Assembly (NCBI RefSeq): GCF_001194135.2
Contig: NC_068984.1
Span: 108,333,830-108,397,829 of the forward strand
DNA from: Octopus bimaculoides
Lineage: Eukaryota
DNA length: 64,000 nucleotides
Direction: 5' to 3'
The notes under the pieces were generated by a model. That model did not search any database. It worked only from the letters and a program-made list of their open reading frames with translations, and was not told the origin of the DNA. The stretch's first letter is position 1, and every line of letters starts with the position of its first letter. Positions 1 through 52,800 of the stretch are shown piece after piece. Position numbers and translations under genes: made by a program.

Positions 1-1361
1 TCTACTGACTACAATTAGCAAGAAGTCTGCTGAAAAGACTCACAACTAATAACTTAACAATAGGTTCAATCTGAACTACTTAAGACATCCAGTAGGAAGG
101 AGGGAAACACTATGCTACAAGTTTCAAAGCTGAAAAGAACAGCTTAAAGCAATGAAAGGAAGCTTTATAATTAACAATAGAACATGTTTTCTTTCTCATT
201 TAAAATAAAGAATCAATCAAGATTAATAATAATTGTCATATATGGAATATTGATGGAAACGAAATCTATACAAATTTAATCCTAATAAAAGCTGCTCAAG
301 TTGGGAAAAGAAACAAAATGTTTTGAACAACTTGTAAAACTTTTTCAAGTACAACATAATCCAAATGGAAATTTAAAAAAGAAAAGGTTGTTAGAGAAAT
401 AAAGACATTTTATAATTTTCTTTTTCACTTAATAATCAAATGTAATAGATTCAAAACAAAGCTATACTTATTAAAATCCACTGAAAAGTGCACCCTAGTT
501 ACAAACAATTTAGACATAATTTGCTGGTTGTTTTTTATTCTACCCACCTACCCCATCTCACAAAAAAAAGAAAAAAAAACTAATCCAATCTGAAGTAAAA
601 CCTACATGTCTGGGCCATATTAAAAGACACATAGGTATTAAGGAGCGATAGTTAAAACACTGTGAAAGTGCCAGTGTTTATAATAATATATATATATATA
701 TATATAACCTATTTCAAAATTGTACAAAAGTTAAATTGTGTAATGGGGGACTTATTTTTTTTTAATATTTAAGAAAAAAAAAAAGCTGGCTTTTAGCATA
801 TACAAGTTTGTTTTTTTTCCAGTAACAAGTAATGTGAAGCCCTTTATACTGAGAAATGGTAAGCAAAGTGTCAACTGATTCAGGCAGCAAACAAAATTCA
901 GAAGCTAAAGGGAAGTTTATGCTGTTCCATCAGCCAATAGAATAAAGAAAATTATTTTGTTTCACTAGGGAAATTTCAAAGTTTAACGTGCCTGAACACC
1001 CAAAATTAAAAGCAGCAAAGAAAGAACTATATGGAGAGTGTGTGTATGTGTGTGATTAAAATAGAGAAGTATATTGGGGAAAAGGTAAATAACATAAAAT
1101 ATTAAAAAATATTATTTCAAATTAAAACTAAAGTAAAATATATCTATTTTAGACAGACTAAAAAAAAAAAAAATAATAATAAATGGGAGTTGTTAAAGGA
1201 GAATGAAAAAAATATGAATTAAAACTGGTCTCCCCAATAAGCGCTATGTCCAGGATATTAACAGGTCCTGTACTGCACAGTTGCACTGTCTGCCTACATG
1301 TGGCATTGGAGGTTTCAAATTTAGGATAGTTCCCAATTAAATTTTTCTTTTTTTTTTTCCC

Positions 1362-1397
1362 TTTATTTTCTTTTTTTTTTTAAATTTTTTTTTTATT
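1362..1397 (-). promoter_or_regulatory. Candidate UPF1 polyadenylation signals (two AATAAA)
   Basis: AATAAA on the minus strand at 1392-1397 and 1362-1367, about 1 kb after the stop, in an A-rich tract; the cleavage site cannot be seen from DNA. Confidence 0.3.
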
Positions 1398-2365
1398 TTC
1401 CCAATTATTTCAAGCCAGATGATGTCTTAATTCAAATATGCCATGAATCCAGATTAGGGCAGTGTCTGCTGTCTGTGTCTTCAGCTTCTAAGGTAAAAGT
1501 GTGTATGTGTGCATGTGTGTGTGTGAGAGAGTGTGTGTTCTGCCTGTAGTCAAACGGCAAGTGAGACTGACAGGCAGTGACAGCGACAGGGAGTAAGTGA
1601 ATGAAGTTGGTCGGCAGGAGGGAATGGAGAGTAGTAATTTAGGAGCTGTGGCCACACACAACTCGGTAACTCCAGCCGATTCGCAGCAATTACAGTAAGA
1701 TGCCCCATTATGAGCCAGGCATTTAAGGCCCAACATAAATATTCCTCAGAGCAAATTTGTTATTTCCTTCTGAATCATAGAAAATGAAGGAATTAAAAAA
1801 TTAAATCATGAAAAATTTCTAGAAGAATTTTTTTCTGATTTGACTTTTTAGAAAAAAAAAGCCTTAGACATTTTCTATGAGTATATACTTACAACTATCA
1901 GCCTGGTTTGCCAACCTGTTATGTTGCTATGACACACAGTTGCTTTTTCTGTCAGCTCATTCTCGCTTGGGGGGTGGGGGAGGCATAAGGAGTTGTTTTG
2001 CTTGCATGCTCTTTTTTTTTTTGCTCACAAGTATCAACAGACCCTTCACAGCTGCCACCACTACGATGACAGCACCAGCAGCTCCCAACATCAGACACAG
2101 CTGCAACAAGCAAACCTGCAGCACTAGTAGCCATGCACCTCCCTGTCCTTAACTCACTGCACAACCATCACCCTCCTCCTCCTCCACCACCTCCAGTACA
2201 CTTGCGACACTTATGTGCAGCAGACGTCATCATCGTCGAGTGGTTTGTGGTTCTCTCCGCCGGTCAGACACTGCAGCCTTGTACACTGGTAGTTAGTTGT
2301 ATCCTCTGCTTTCTTGTTTCAAGCCTACTGTTCCTGCCACAAGGGGGGCTGCAACACCGCGGCCA

Positions 2366-42646
<40,281 letters not shown>

Positions 42647-44194
42647 CTATAAAAAAGAAGAAATTGCTTCATTAAATTCAGGAGAAAGCCATCAAATATT
42701 TGTACCTAATAACAAAGTGCATGAGCTGAGATCAGACATATGTACAAAAGAAAAGATTTGTTTATGCATTTCCCCAAAAATATTAGCAATTGGGTCATTG
42801 TACAGTAAGAAAGAGCCAATACTCCATGGAGTTAGACATTTTTCAAAATGGTCAGTTTAGCTTCCTCTTTCTTGGTTTCATTATTTCACAATGTGTCCAT
42901 GCTGACACAGAAAACATACAGTATAAATGTTCTACTATAGCTTAACATTTAACTGTGAAGAAGAAATGAATTCCAGTTTGGCATCCAAGCAAACTGAAGC
43001 AAACAGAGATAGGCATTTTACTAAGGATTCCATTATAATCATTAAAGTCAAGGATTATAGTGTAACACTCACAGTCATTATGCCTCTATCTAGATAACTA
43101 TAGTCTATGGCCAACCAATGCCATGTGAGTGAATCTGATAGATGGAAACTGTGCAGAAGGGTGGCATACATAAGTTACAAAGGATTTTGAAATCCAGAAA
43201 ATTACTTCAAGCAGCAGTCCTGAAAACAGTGGCTACCAGAATGTAATGGAAGGAAAATTTGTTCAGTAGAAAGAAACATTAGTTTCACACAACATTAGTG
43301 AAACAATGATAAACCATGGAATAGACATAAGACTAACTCCATTCTTCACTTGTTTTCATATAAACGAAAAGAACGTGGGTATAACTTGGTACTCCTTTAT
43401 TCCAGTTGGTACATATGTCTCAGTATTCAGCATGCAACTTCTAGGGCCAGAGTGGAGCAAACACAAAGTCAGATAATCAAGAAAGAAAGACAAGTTAAAG
43501 ATAAACAGCAACCAAATTTAAAAACACTGTAGGCACATGTCAGAGGAGAAGGGCGGATCGAGGAGGTAATGTAGGTCAAATCAACTGACATAACCTGAGT
43601 GGAATGATGTCTGTAAGGGTAGGGGTTTAGGTTGCCTTTATACGACCACATGAGGGGAGAGAAATAATAGCTGGTAAGATAAAAGGGTACAATAAACCTC
43701 TAAGAGTTGACACTGTCAGAGTCTCTCCCAAAATGTCCAGTTAGTAACCAACCCACTACACCCATGTGTGCATGAACATATGCTTACATACACATGATTA
43801 ACATTAGAGCTGAAATTTATGTGATTTAATTGTCATGCACTGAGCACATCCAATCATTATACACACACACACACACACATATATACACACACACACACAC
43901 ATACATACATACATGTCTGGTTAAGAAGCTTGCGCCCAACCTTGTGGTTTTAGGTTCAGTCCTTTCAATCCCAGTACACAGCATCTCAAATGTCTTCTAC
44001 TGTAGCTTTGTGAGAGGATCAGGTAGACAGCAATTGAAAGAGCACCATCATATACATATCTAGTTGTTGCACACAATGATGGCAAGATTGCAGANNNNNN
44101 NNNNNNNNNNNNNNNNNNNNNNNNNNNNNNNNNNNNNNNNNNNNNNNNNNNNNNNNNNNNNNNNNNNNNNNNNNNNNNNNNNNNNNNNNNNNNN

Positions 44195-45566
44195 TGAAAA
44201 CGACCAAATGAGATTTATTTTCCAACAAAGTCTTTCCTGCAGTCGACATACTTATTCCATTGGTGTTGCAATGTTTGGATACCATTGGTGAAAAAAGCTC
44301 TCATCCTGTTGGTCAAAGAAGTTTTCAACAGCAGATATGTCATCATCACTGCGATACTGGTTCCCAGCCAAGTGTTTTTTCATGTTGAGGAACAGATGAC
44401 AGCCAGATGAGACTAAATCAGGAGAATAAGGAGAGTGATCAACCAGTTCAAGTCCATAATCCTGCACAGCAGCCATTGAAACCAAGAACTTGAGTGCCAG
44501 AGCATTGTCCTTAAGAAAGAAAACCTCTATCATCAGTTTTCCTGGGTGTTTGGTCTTGATAGCCTTTCGTAACCACCTCAGCAAGTTGGCATAGTACTTT
44601 CTATTGATATGTGGCCCTTTTGAAAATAGTCAACAAACAATGCCTTTTGTATCTGAAAAGGTAGAGGCCATCAACTTCCTTGCAGATGAAATGACCTTTG
44701 CTTTCTTTGGATCAGGTGAGAAGGGGCGTTTCCACTGCATGGATCTGCCTCAATGTGCAACTTTCCTGGTATGCTTTGATCAAGTGTCAGAAGATGTGGC
44801 ACCCACTGAGCAGAAGTCTTCATCGTGTCACATTCATTGCACAGAATATTCTCAACTCTCTCACAGAATATGCTAATAGCACTAGCTATTTGACTTATAG
44901 TCAGCTGCTTGCCATCCCTCAGCATGCAGTGAACACGATCAATGATATCCTTGGTGGTAGCAGTTGCTGGACACCCAGACCTTGGGTCATCTTCAAAACT
45001 CTCTCTTCCCCCCACAAAATTCAACTGCCCACTTTTGCACTTTCTTTTTTTTTTTTTACTTGTTTCAGTCATTTGACTGTGGCCATGCTGGAGCACCGCC
45101 TTTAGTCGAGTAAATCAACCCCAGGACTTATTCTTTGTAAGCCTAGTACTTATTCTATCAGTTGTCTTTTGCCGGACCGCTAAGTTACGGGGACGTAAAC
45201 ACACTAACATCGGTTGTCAAGCGATGTTGGTGGGGGGACACATATACATATATACGACGGGCTTCTGTTGATAAAGCTGAAGTATCATCCCTTAATGTAG
45301 CAACCGTATCAGCATGACTGTCCTTGGGGGCTAAGCCCTTTTCCTGCAGGTACTTGATAACACCACAATGCCAAATTTTGTTCATTTTCAAGAGCATTTT
45401 CTACTAGTTACTTTTGAAGTCTTCTTTGAACAACCAAATGTCAGTTTAGATGGAAAGAAAACGCAGCTATTAATAAGATATGTATTTAATGCATGCAATA
45501 TTTCACAGCTCTAGCATCACTCCTCCATAGTCAGCCTACCCTTATGTGTCAGTCCCTCTCTCTGGA
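44195..45566 (-). mobile_element. Mariner (DD34D) element 1, defective, interrupted by a SINE
   Basis: MNKIWHCGVIKYLQEKGLAPK..ALST|VQKWAVEF..RESFEDDPRSG..WVPHLLT..YYANLLRWL..DN..HSPYSPDLVSSGCHLF..LQHQWNKYVD; the first catalytic-Asp segment is deleted; the 3' end runs into an N gap. Confidence 0.9.
45041..45265 (-). mobile_element. 5'-truncated SINE 3' half with A-rich tail, nested in mariner 1
   Basis: Removing it rejoins ACA|GTG (ALST-VQK); the same sequence occurs at ~58105-58270, where it continues into the tRNA/CORE-like half. Confidence 0.85.
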
Positions 45567-45628
45567 GGTATGTGTGTGTGTGTGTGTATATACACACACA
45601 CACACACATATATATATACACATATACA

Positions 45629-45660
<32 letters not shown>

Positions 45661-45670
45661 NNNNNNNNNN

Positions 45671-46471
45671 ATTTGGTTTGGGGTTAAAAGTTCAAAGAGG
45701 ACTAAACCTTTCATATCCCACCAAATAGATAACAACACCTTACATGGGTGAAGGCCTTCTTTAGCCTGGGGTGCCGGTGTTTCTCCTTTCCCTACCCACT
45801 GTCTTCAGTGCTTGACATTTCTATAGAGAACCCATTTCTCCTCACTAGTCACTATTCGATCCAAAAAAGGTTTATTCAGGAGACATGACAGCAAAAAAGA
45901 GCACACATTCACTCTCTACGTGTCATTAGACCCAAAAAGTTTGTGAGGAAGCCACTGATACAATTTGCTGACTTTTCCGATGGCACACAGGTGTCGATGA
46001 ATGGTTGAATAACCAAATCCAAACTTCTCTGCTAGTTCCTTAACAGTTACAATGGGATTTTCTTTCACCAGGGTTTGCAGGATGTCCTCGTTGAGCTCGA
46101 CAGATCTTCCAGGATGAGGCTCATCTTCAAGGCTGTAGCATCTAGCTCTGAATTTCTGGAACCACTGTTGACACTGGGTTATGCTTATTGTCCAATCCCC
46201 ATATACTGCATTAATATTCCTCGCACTTTCCATTGCGCTGTTGCATTCAAACCCAAAGCAAAATATGCCAAATATGTTCCTTTGTCATTTCCATTACAGC
46301 CTTGAAAATACAACTTAAAATCGAACTCTCTTCAAAACTTGCACTAAGAATAAGTACAAGGTAAATTTAATACCTGCTTTTATAGCAATTTGATGCAGGT
46401 AGTTTATCCTGACCTTCTCCGACTTAGCTCATGCAATTGAAAAAAATCACATTATTTACAGGTTGACCTAA
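45671..46471 (-). mobile_element. Mariner element 2 (Hsmar1/SETMAR-like), 5' two-thirds
   Basis: TA|TTAGGTCAACCTGTAAATAATG TIR at 46441-46471; ARNINAVYG..WFQKFRA..SLEDEPHPGR..WLPHKL..FLDRIVTSEEKW..LHPCKVLLSIWWDMKG; stops present; ends at a gap and microsatellite. Confidence 0.9.
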
Positions 46472-46543
46472 TATATACATATATGACAGCGACACTCATT
46501 TACTATCACACAGTGTCAATACAAGAGAAGATATACACAAGCA

Positions 46544-46615
<72 letters not shown>

Positions 46616-47190
46616 GTGATGTAAGCATCTTTCAGTTTTTGCCTACAAAGTCCATTCACAAGACATTAGTCTGGGGCTACTGTAGTTTGTATGTGTGTGT
46701 GTGTAGATAGATAGATAGATGTATATAAAAATAAAGGAATAATGTCAAGACAAGGAGACACAGATACAAATGAGTAAACAAACAAGAAAATAGCACTCAC
46801 CACATTAGATGGAGTTAACATGCATTTAGTAACAGTTTGACTCAGCTCATATATAAACACACACACACACACAAACTTTTTCGTTTCCATCTACCAAATA
46901 TACTCAAGGCTTTGGTTGATCTGGAGCTAAAGTAGATATTTGTACTAGGCTCCATACAACAGAATTGAGTAGAAAATGTGGTTGGGAAAGCAAGCTTCTA
47001 AGCACAGCCATACTTGTACTTATGGAAGTAAAATAACCAAGTAGACAAGAACGTTGTCAGTCTTGAATTTTAACTGTTGCAACAATTTCATTTCATAATT
47101 GGACAATGATCCAAGACACCGACACACCAGAGTTTTATCCTTAATCTTTTAGCATTTAAACCTATCATAACCGACCCAAATATTCTACCT

Positions 47191-47479
47191 GTTCTCAACC
47201 ATTTTTTTTATCTATGGACGCCTTTGCTTACTATTTTATTCTGGTGGATCCTCACAGCCGTTTGATATTTAAAAACTAGAAACTTCTCTCAAAATACCTA
47301 TTTTGTTTTTCACACATAACTTGTGTGGGTTGAACTATATAAAATGTTAGAGAAAGAAGTCTAGCTGTTTTTTGCAATACATATATCTGAAGCAAAAATT
47401 TTTTTCAGAGACCCTTAAAATACTATTGTGGATTCCCAATTTAATTTCTTGTTACATGGACCCTGACTGAGAACCACTG
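47191..47479. mobile_element. hAT-like MITE
   Basis: GTTCTCAACC...GAGAACCACTG ends; oppositely oriented homologue at 49038-49347. Confidence 0.65.
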
Positions 47480-49037
47480 TGTTGAAAAAAAAAAAAACTT
47501 TGGGCCTAACCTACAGTCATCAAAATATTTTTACTTAAAGCTTTATCATCCTCTTGACATGGAAAAATTTCAGTTACCACTAATTACAGAATCTTCACTA
47601 ATGTCAGAAATGCTATCTGTAGGCAGTCCCACAAAGTCCACTTGAATTTTGCATATGAGGTTGAACAACTTCATGGGTTTCAACATCAACACTTGGTTTC
47701 ACATTCCACTATCTGAAGTCCCAGCTCTGAAATCTGATGTATTTAGCCCTTTAGCATTCAAACCAACCATATCAAGCCCAAATATTCTACCTGTTTTATA
47801 TTCAAAACTGGCTAGATCATACCTCTCACAACTACCCTGCAATGTCATTCTAAAAGTGAACAAATACGTAAAAATCTCAAAGCCACAAGATACTATATGA
47901 TTAATTCAAAACAATCTAAATAAATAAGCTATATATTTGACAGACCAATCTGAATGCTAAAGGGTCAATTCATCTTCAAGCTCTGAGTTGCTCAAAACAT
48001 TACTTATCTGACAACATTTGATTTAACTTGTCTGAATTGTAGGAGTTTTGCTTCTTTCAAGCAGGCTGTTCCCACAAGGCAGTGGACAATGCCATTTTGA
48101 AAAATGATAAATGAATTAAAAAAATACATTTGAATCCAAATATAAACGCAGGCTAAAATTGTTATTGCAACTTGGTCTAAGTTGATAAAAATTGCTATTG
48201 AAATGTTTATGGCAGTAGCCATCTCCAATAGATATTTAAAAAAAAAAAAAAGTAAACAGTCTTAACTCAGACAGAAAAACAGCATATGTGTCGCCATGGC
48301 AGTAATTCAATAAATGACATATGTTGTTGAAGCAATTATTCAATAGATAGTATGTTATTTCTGCCACAGCAGCTAAAGTGTTAATATAATATGCAGGTAT
48401 CAAGACTGAGAAATCCAAATTTTGATAAATCCACCTAGGGATTTGTCCCACTAACATAACTGCAGAAACATTTAATTTACACACACACACACACACTCAT
48501 ATACAGAATTGTTTTAGTTTCTATGAACATTTTTGTGATAGTGTTGATTTTCATACAGACTCATTACACTTGCTACATAAACTACTTAAAGTGCAGATTT
48601 CTATTTAAAGATTTTATAAACACGATTCATTACTGCTGTAACTATACACACAGTTTTTGCAATGGCAGAAAATGTATAATCAGGGTAAGTATTACATTCA
48701 AAACTAAAATCAATGTGAACAGCATATGTACATAAGGTAACAACTTTATACATTATTAAGCAGAGTTTCTGGCCAGTTGGCTGATCACATGTAACATTTC
48801 TAGATCTGAAACTTTCCACCTTGATACTTCAGTGTAAACTGAAAATGTAGGTAGAATTCAGTGTCACTGCAGTGAATTAGAATCAGCTGACAAGGAGCAG
48901 GTGTAACCGTGTGATTTAGCTTGCTTCTCAACCACATTGTATCAGGTTTAGTCCCCATTGTGTGGCACCTTGAGTGTCTTCTATGGAGTGTGCGTGTATT
49001 TGCTTCCTTGTCTTGATATTGCATGATTGTTGTAAAT

Positions 49038-49347
49038 TAATAGTTCTCAGCAGCGGACCCATGTAACCCCTGGGGGTCCACGTAAACCCCCCCCCAGTAG
49101 TATATTAAGGGGTCTATAAAAAAATTTTGGTTTAGATGTATTGCAAGAAACAGCAAGATTTCTTTAACATTTTACATAGGTTGACCTACAAAAGTGAATG
49201 TGTGTGTGTGACAAACAAAATAAGAATTTTGAAATAACTATTTGTAAAACTTGTTTTTAAACACTGGATGGCTATGGGAATCCACCAGAGTAAAATAGTA
49301 ATCAAAGGAGTCCACAAGTAAAAAAAAAAAATAGTTGAGGACCACTG
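49038..49347. mobile_element. hAT-like MITE, inverted relative to 47191-47479
   Basis: TAGTTCTCAGC...GTTGAGGACCACTG; the interior is the reverse complement of 47191-47479. Confidence 0.65.
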
Positions 49348-49500
49348 TTGTAAATGAATGTCATTCATTTCCAATATTTCGCAGAAACAGACCTGGCCAT
49401 GAGAAAATACTAGCTTGCTTGGAAACAGGTAGGGGTTGGCAAAAGGAAGGGCATCCAGCTGCAGAAAATCTGCCTCGATAAACTCCACCCAACCAATGCT

Positions 49501-49884
49501 GTTGTTGGCACTGCGTCGCTTACGACGTCGAGGGTTCCAGTTGATCCTATCAACGGAACAGCCTGCTCGTGAAATTAATGTGAAAGTGGTTGAGCACTCC
49601 ACAGACACGTGTACCCTTAACGTAGTTCTCAGGGATATTCAGCGTGACACAGTGTGACAAGGCTGGCCCTTCGAATTACAGGCACAACAGAAACAGGAAG
49701 TAAGAGTGAGAGAAAGTTGTGGTGGAAGAGTACAGCAGGGTTAGCCACCATCCCCTGCCGGAGCCTCATGGAGCTTTAGGTGTTTTCACTCAATAAACAC
49801 TCACAACGCCCGGTCTGGGAATTGAAACCACGATCCTATGACTGCGAGTCCACTGCCCTAACCACTGGGCCATTGCGCCTCCAC
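49501..49884 (-). mobile_element. Full-length tRNA-derived SINE (~385 bp) with target-site duplication, nested in an older repeat
   Basis: Head GTGGAGGCGCAATGGCCCAGTGG (A box)...AATTCCCAG (degenerate B box; GGTTTCGATTCC in the 54135 copy); (AAC)n tail; TSD CCAACCAATG at 49489-49498 and 49885-49894. Confidence 0.9.
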
Positions 49885-52800
49885 CCAACCAATGTAAAAA
49901 GTGGACATTAACAACACAAATACCCACATCCCCAACTACAATCCCTTACACTACTCCAGATGATGAAGAGTAATATGGGTAGGTTAATATTCTAGCACAC
50001 CTTTCTCAAAGGAAAGAAAAAAAACTGACAAATTTGTTCCAGAGATTAAATTGATCTGTGAGCTGCTTCACAAGGGGGTCTATTTTCTAACCCAAAACAT
50101 TCACACATAAATGAGGCTATTCCTAAGATTATGCAAGACTAGAGTGTTAGCCATCATGGGTCAATACCAGAAAACATGGCACAGATACCATAATTATAGT
50201 TTAACATTTATCAAATGAACACTAATTATCAAGAAAAATCTTACTTTAAAATAGAACACAATATTAAAAAAGAAAAAAATGCAAAAATTACTGTTGGTTT
50301 TATATGAAGTTTAGGCACACATACTTCCCAATATAGATATAAAGATTTAGATAGATAATCTCTCTCTCTCTCTACACACACACACACTCCGATTCTTCCT
50401 GTTTCACTGTGTGTGTATGTGAATAGTAATCATTTACTCAATATCAGCCACTAAGCACTCATCCTGCACCTCTTCCCTGAAAAGCATGACTGAAGAAATC
50501 AACCAGTCAACCTATCAGTTATCAATTAAATACAGATAGCATACAATCAGGTAAATGTAAACTAAATTTTCATTTAACGATCCAAGACTTCTTTGTGAAA
50601 CCTCTAGTTCTAGGACAGTGCTAAAATCAGAGTATATTTCACAAGTTTGCAAAACAAATGTGCAGAAATTATAATTTGTATGTGAGAAAGTCCTTAATGA
50701 GAGTCCAAAGAGTTTACAAAAACTTGTGACTATAGTCAAGGAAAGGTGCAGCTTGTACAAACTTCCCAATAAAGACTTGAAACTATTAACACTGCTGAAA
50801 TTACCAAAGAATTAACCCGTTAGCATTTAAACTGGCCATATCCAGCTCAAATATTTTAGTTGTTTTATATTCAAACCAACCAGATGCAGCCTCACACCAG
50901 CCTTATAATGTCATTCTAACAATAAAAAAAAATCACATCGTCTGAAATTTTAAAAACTATGAGAATGAATGATAAATTCAAAACAATGTGAATAAATAAG
51001 CACTACATATGACAGAGTAATCTGAAAAGGGTTAATGGGTGACAGACTTAATTCCACTGCTTGATTTAACACCTATTTAGCCCTGGGTGCATGCATTGAA
51101 GATAAAATTCCAGTTCAAAGTACAACTTCCACCTATTCTGCTACCAGTCACAGATAGTGAAAGTTGCTCCTCTTCTAATTGAAAAAGGGGAAAAAAAAAA
51201 AGAAAAAAATCCCACATATTCATTCTGCTTTAGCACACTTCAACATGACTCCAGATTTTACATTGGAAAAATAAATATCATGCCAATTTTATTAAATGCA
51301 GATCTCTCATGTACTGCAATGTCTGTTTTGCAATTCTCTGATGATTGGAAAAGGCACACTAACAAAATGATAAACAATGGATCAGTTCTACTACACCTTC
51401 AACTGGAGTGGCTACTTGTAGCATAAGAGGGATTTTCTTTCGTGCTTGGTAAGATAAAGTGTTTAAAAAAAATAAAGGAAGTTAGTGGAGTAGCTGAAAC
51501 AGCAGACTGTTAAACCAAATGAATCTTGGCATTAAGCTATATTTCACTCATTTTAAGTCCTCTGCTGCTGACCTCTCACCCTGGGTAATGATGTCTTTTA
51601 TTCCCTTGGTTGATAAAATAGCACCAGTAATATGTTTGGGAGTGATTAAGTATGTCATAATACCTATCCACTAATTTGTGGCCTTGACTTCATAATGAAA
51701 TTACTATTTAACCTCAATTTTAATCATGCTAGTAAGAAGAGGATGCTTTTTCCCAAAGCTGCACATTAGTATACTGTTACAACAATCGCTTTCTTTACTG
51801 CCAACTATACTTCTACAACTACTGCACTCTGTGAAGCAGTAATGGAACCTATTAGTCAATCAAGTAGATTAAAACATGCAACTTAATCACTCACTATAGC
51901 CATTATGTGAACAAACAGGTTCACATAATGGATGACATAAACCTAACACCATGACCTGGTTATTGGGTGCACCAATCAGAATTCATTCTGTTCCAAGCAT
52001 ACCCTCAGTTCTTTTTCTTCTCACAGCCCCCATATAGTTAACTGCATCCATCTTATCAGTTTAAGGTCTGGTTCACTGTTCTCTCCGAAATGACTAACAG
52101 TCCCACTTTAATCTCACTATTAAAACACTGAAATGAGATACTACAAGGAATGTGAACAAAGTCCCTTCTTCTGCTTTGATAAATGGAACAAAAGCATAGT
52201 TTATGCCATTAATATAACTCATAGGATCTCTTAAAATTTCAGAAACTAGTCCCCCCCCTCCTGTTTCCTGCTCTGTTTAATTCGAATGCCTGCATTAGGA
52301 TTCATAAGATCCTGAAATCTTGAAAGACCGTATTGAAAATGTACTATTTGTTATTAATTAAAATTATTCCAGTTGCTTAGGGAAACAAAAACAAAATTAA
52401 AGGATGGAGGAACAATTATACAGCATGAGAATAACAAATCAAATTAAGGCCAACAAAGGATAAACACCAGCAGTTTTCAAATTGTATAAACACAAACACA
52501 CTTTTTTTTTAATTTTTAAGACACAAGGAAGGAACTCGAAGCAGTAAAAATAAAACTATGACATGTAAAATACTTCTTGTGCATTAAAAACCACACCATC
52601 CTCACCATCATTTAACAATCATTTTCTGTACTGGCATGTGCTGGATGATTTGACAGGATCCAACCAACTGGCAGACTGTGGTGGACTCCAATGTTGGCTT
52701 TGAAATGGTTTCTATGACTGGATGTGCAACCACTTTACAGAGTGTGTTAAATGCATTTTTTCTGACACCAACATAAATGAGGTCACCAAGTAATTTGCAA

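Noticed and set aside
1488-1736. 82-aa minus-strand ORF in the distal 3'UTR
   Set aside because: No recognisable domain, the tail is encoded by a CA/CT microsatellite, and an in-frame TGA precedes the ATG; no evidence of coding.
49800-49884. tRNA-like sequence (also 54420-54501, 60360-60436)
   Set aside because: These are SINE heads: A/B boxes are attached to repeated bodies with TSDs, and the cloverleaf is imperfect. Not called as tRNA genes.
51940-52130. Possible Tc1 remnant (KMDAVNY) on the minus strand
   Set aside because: Similarity is too weak and fragmentary to call by eye.
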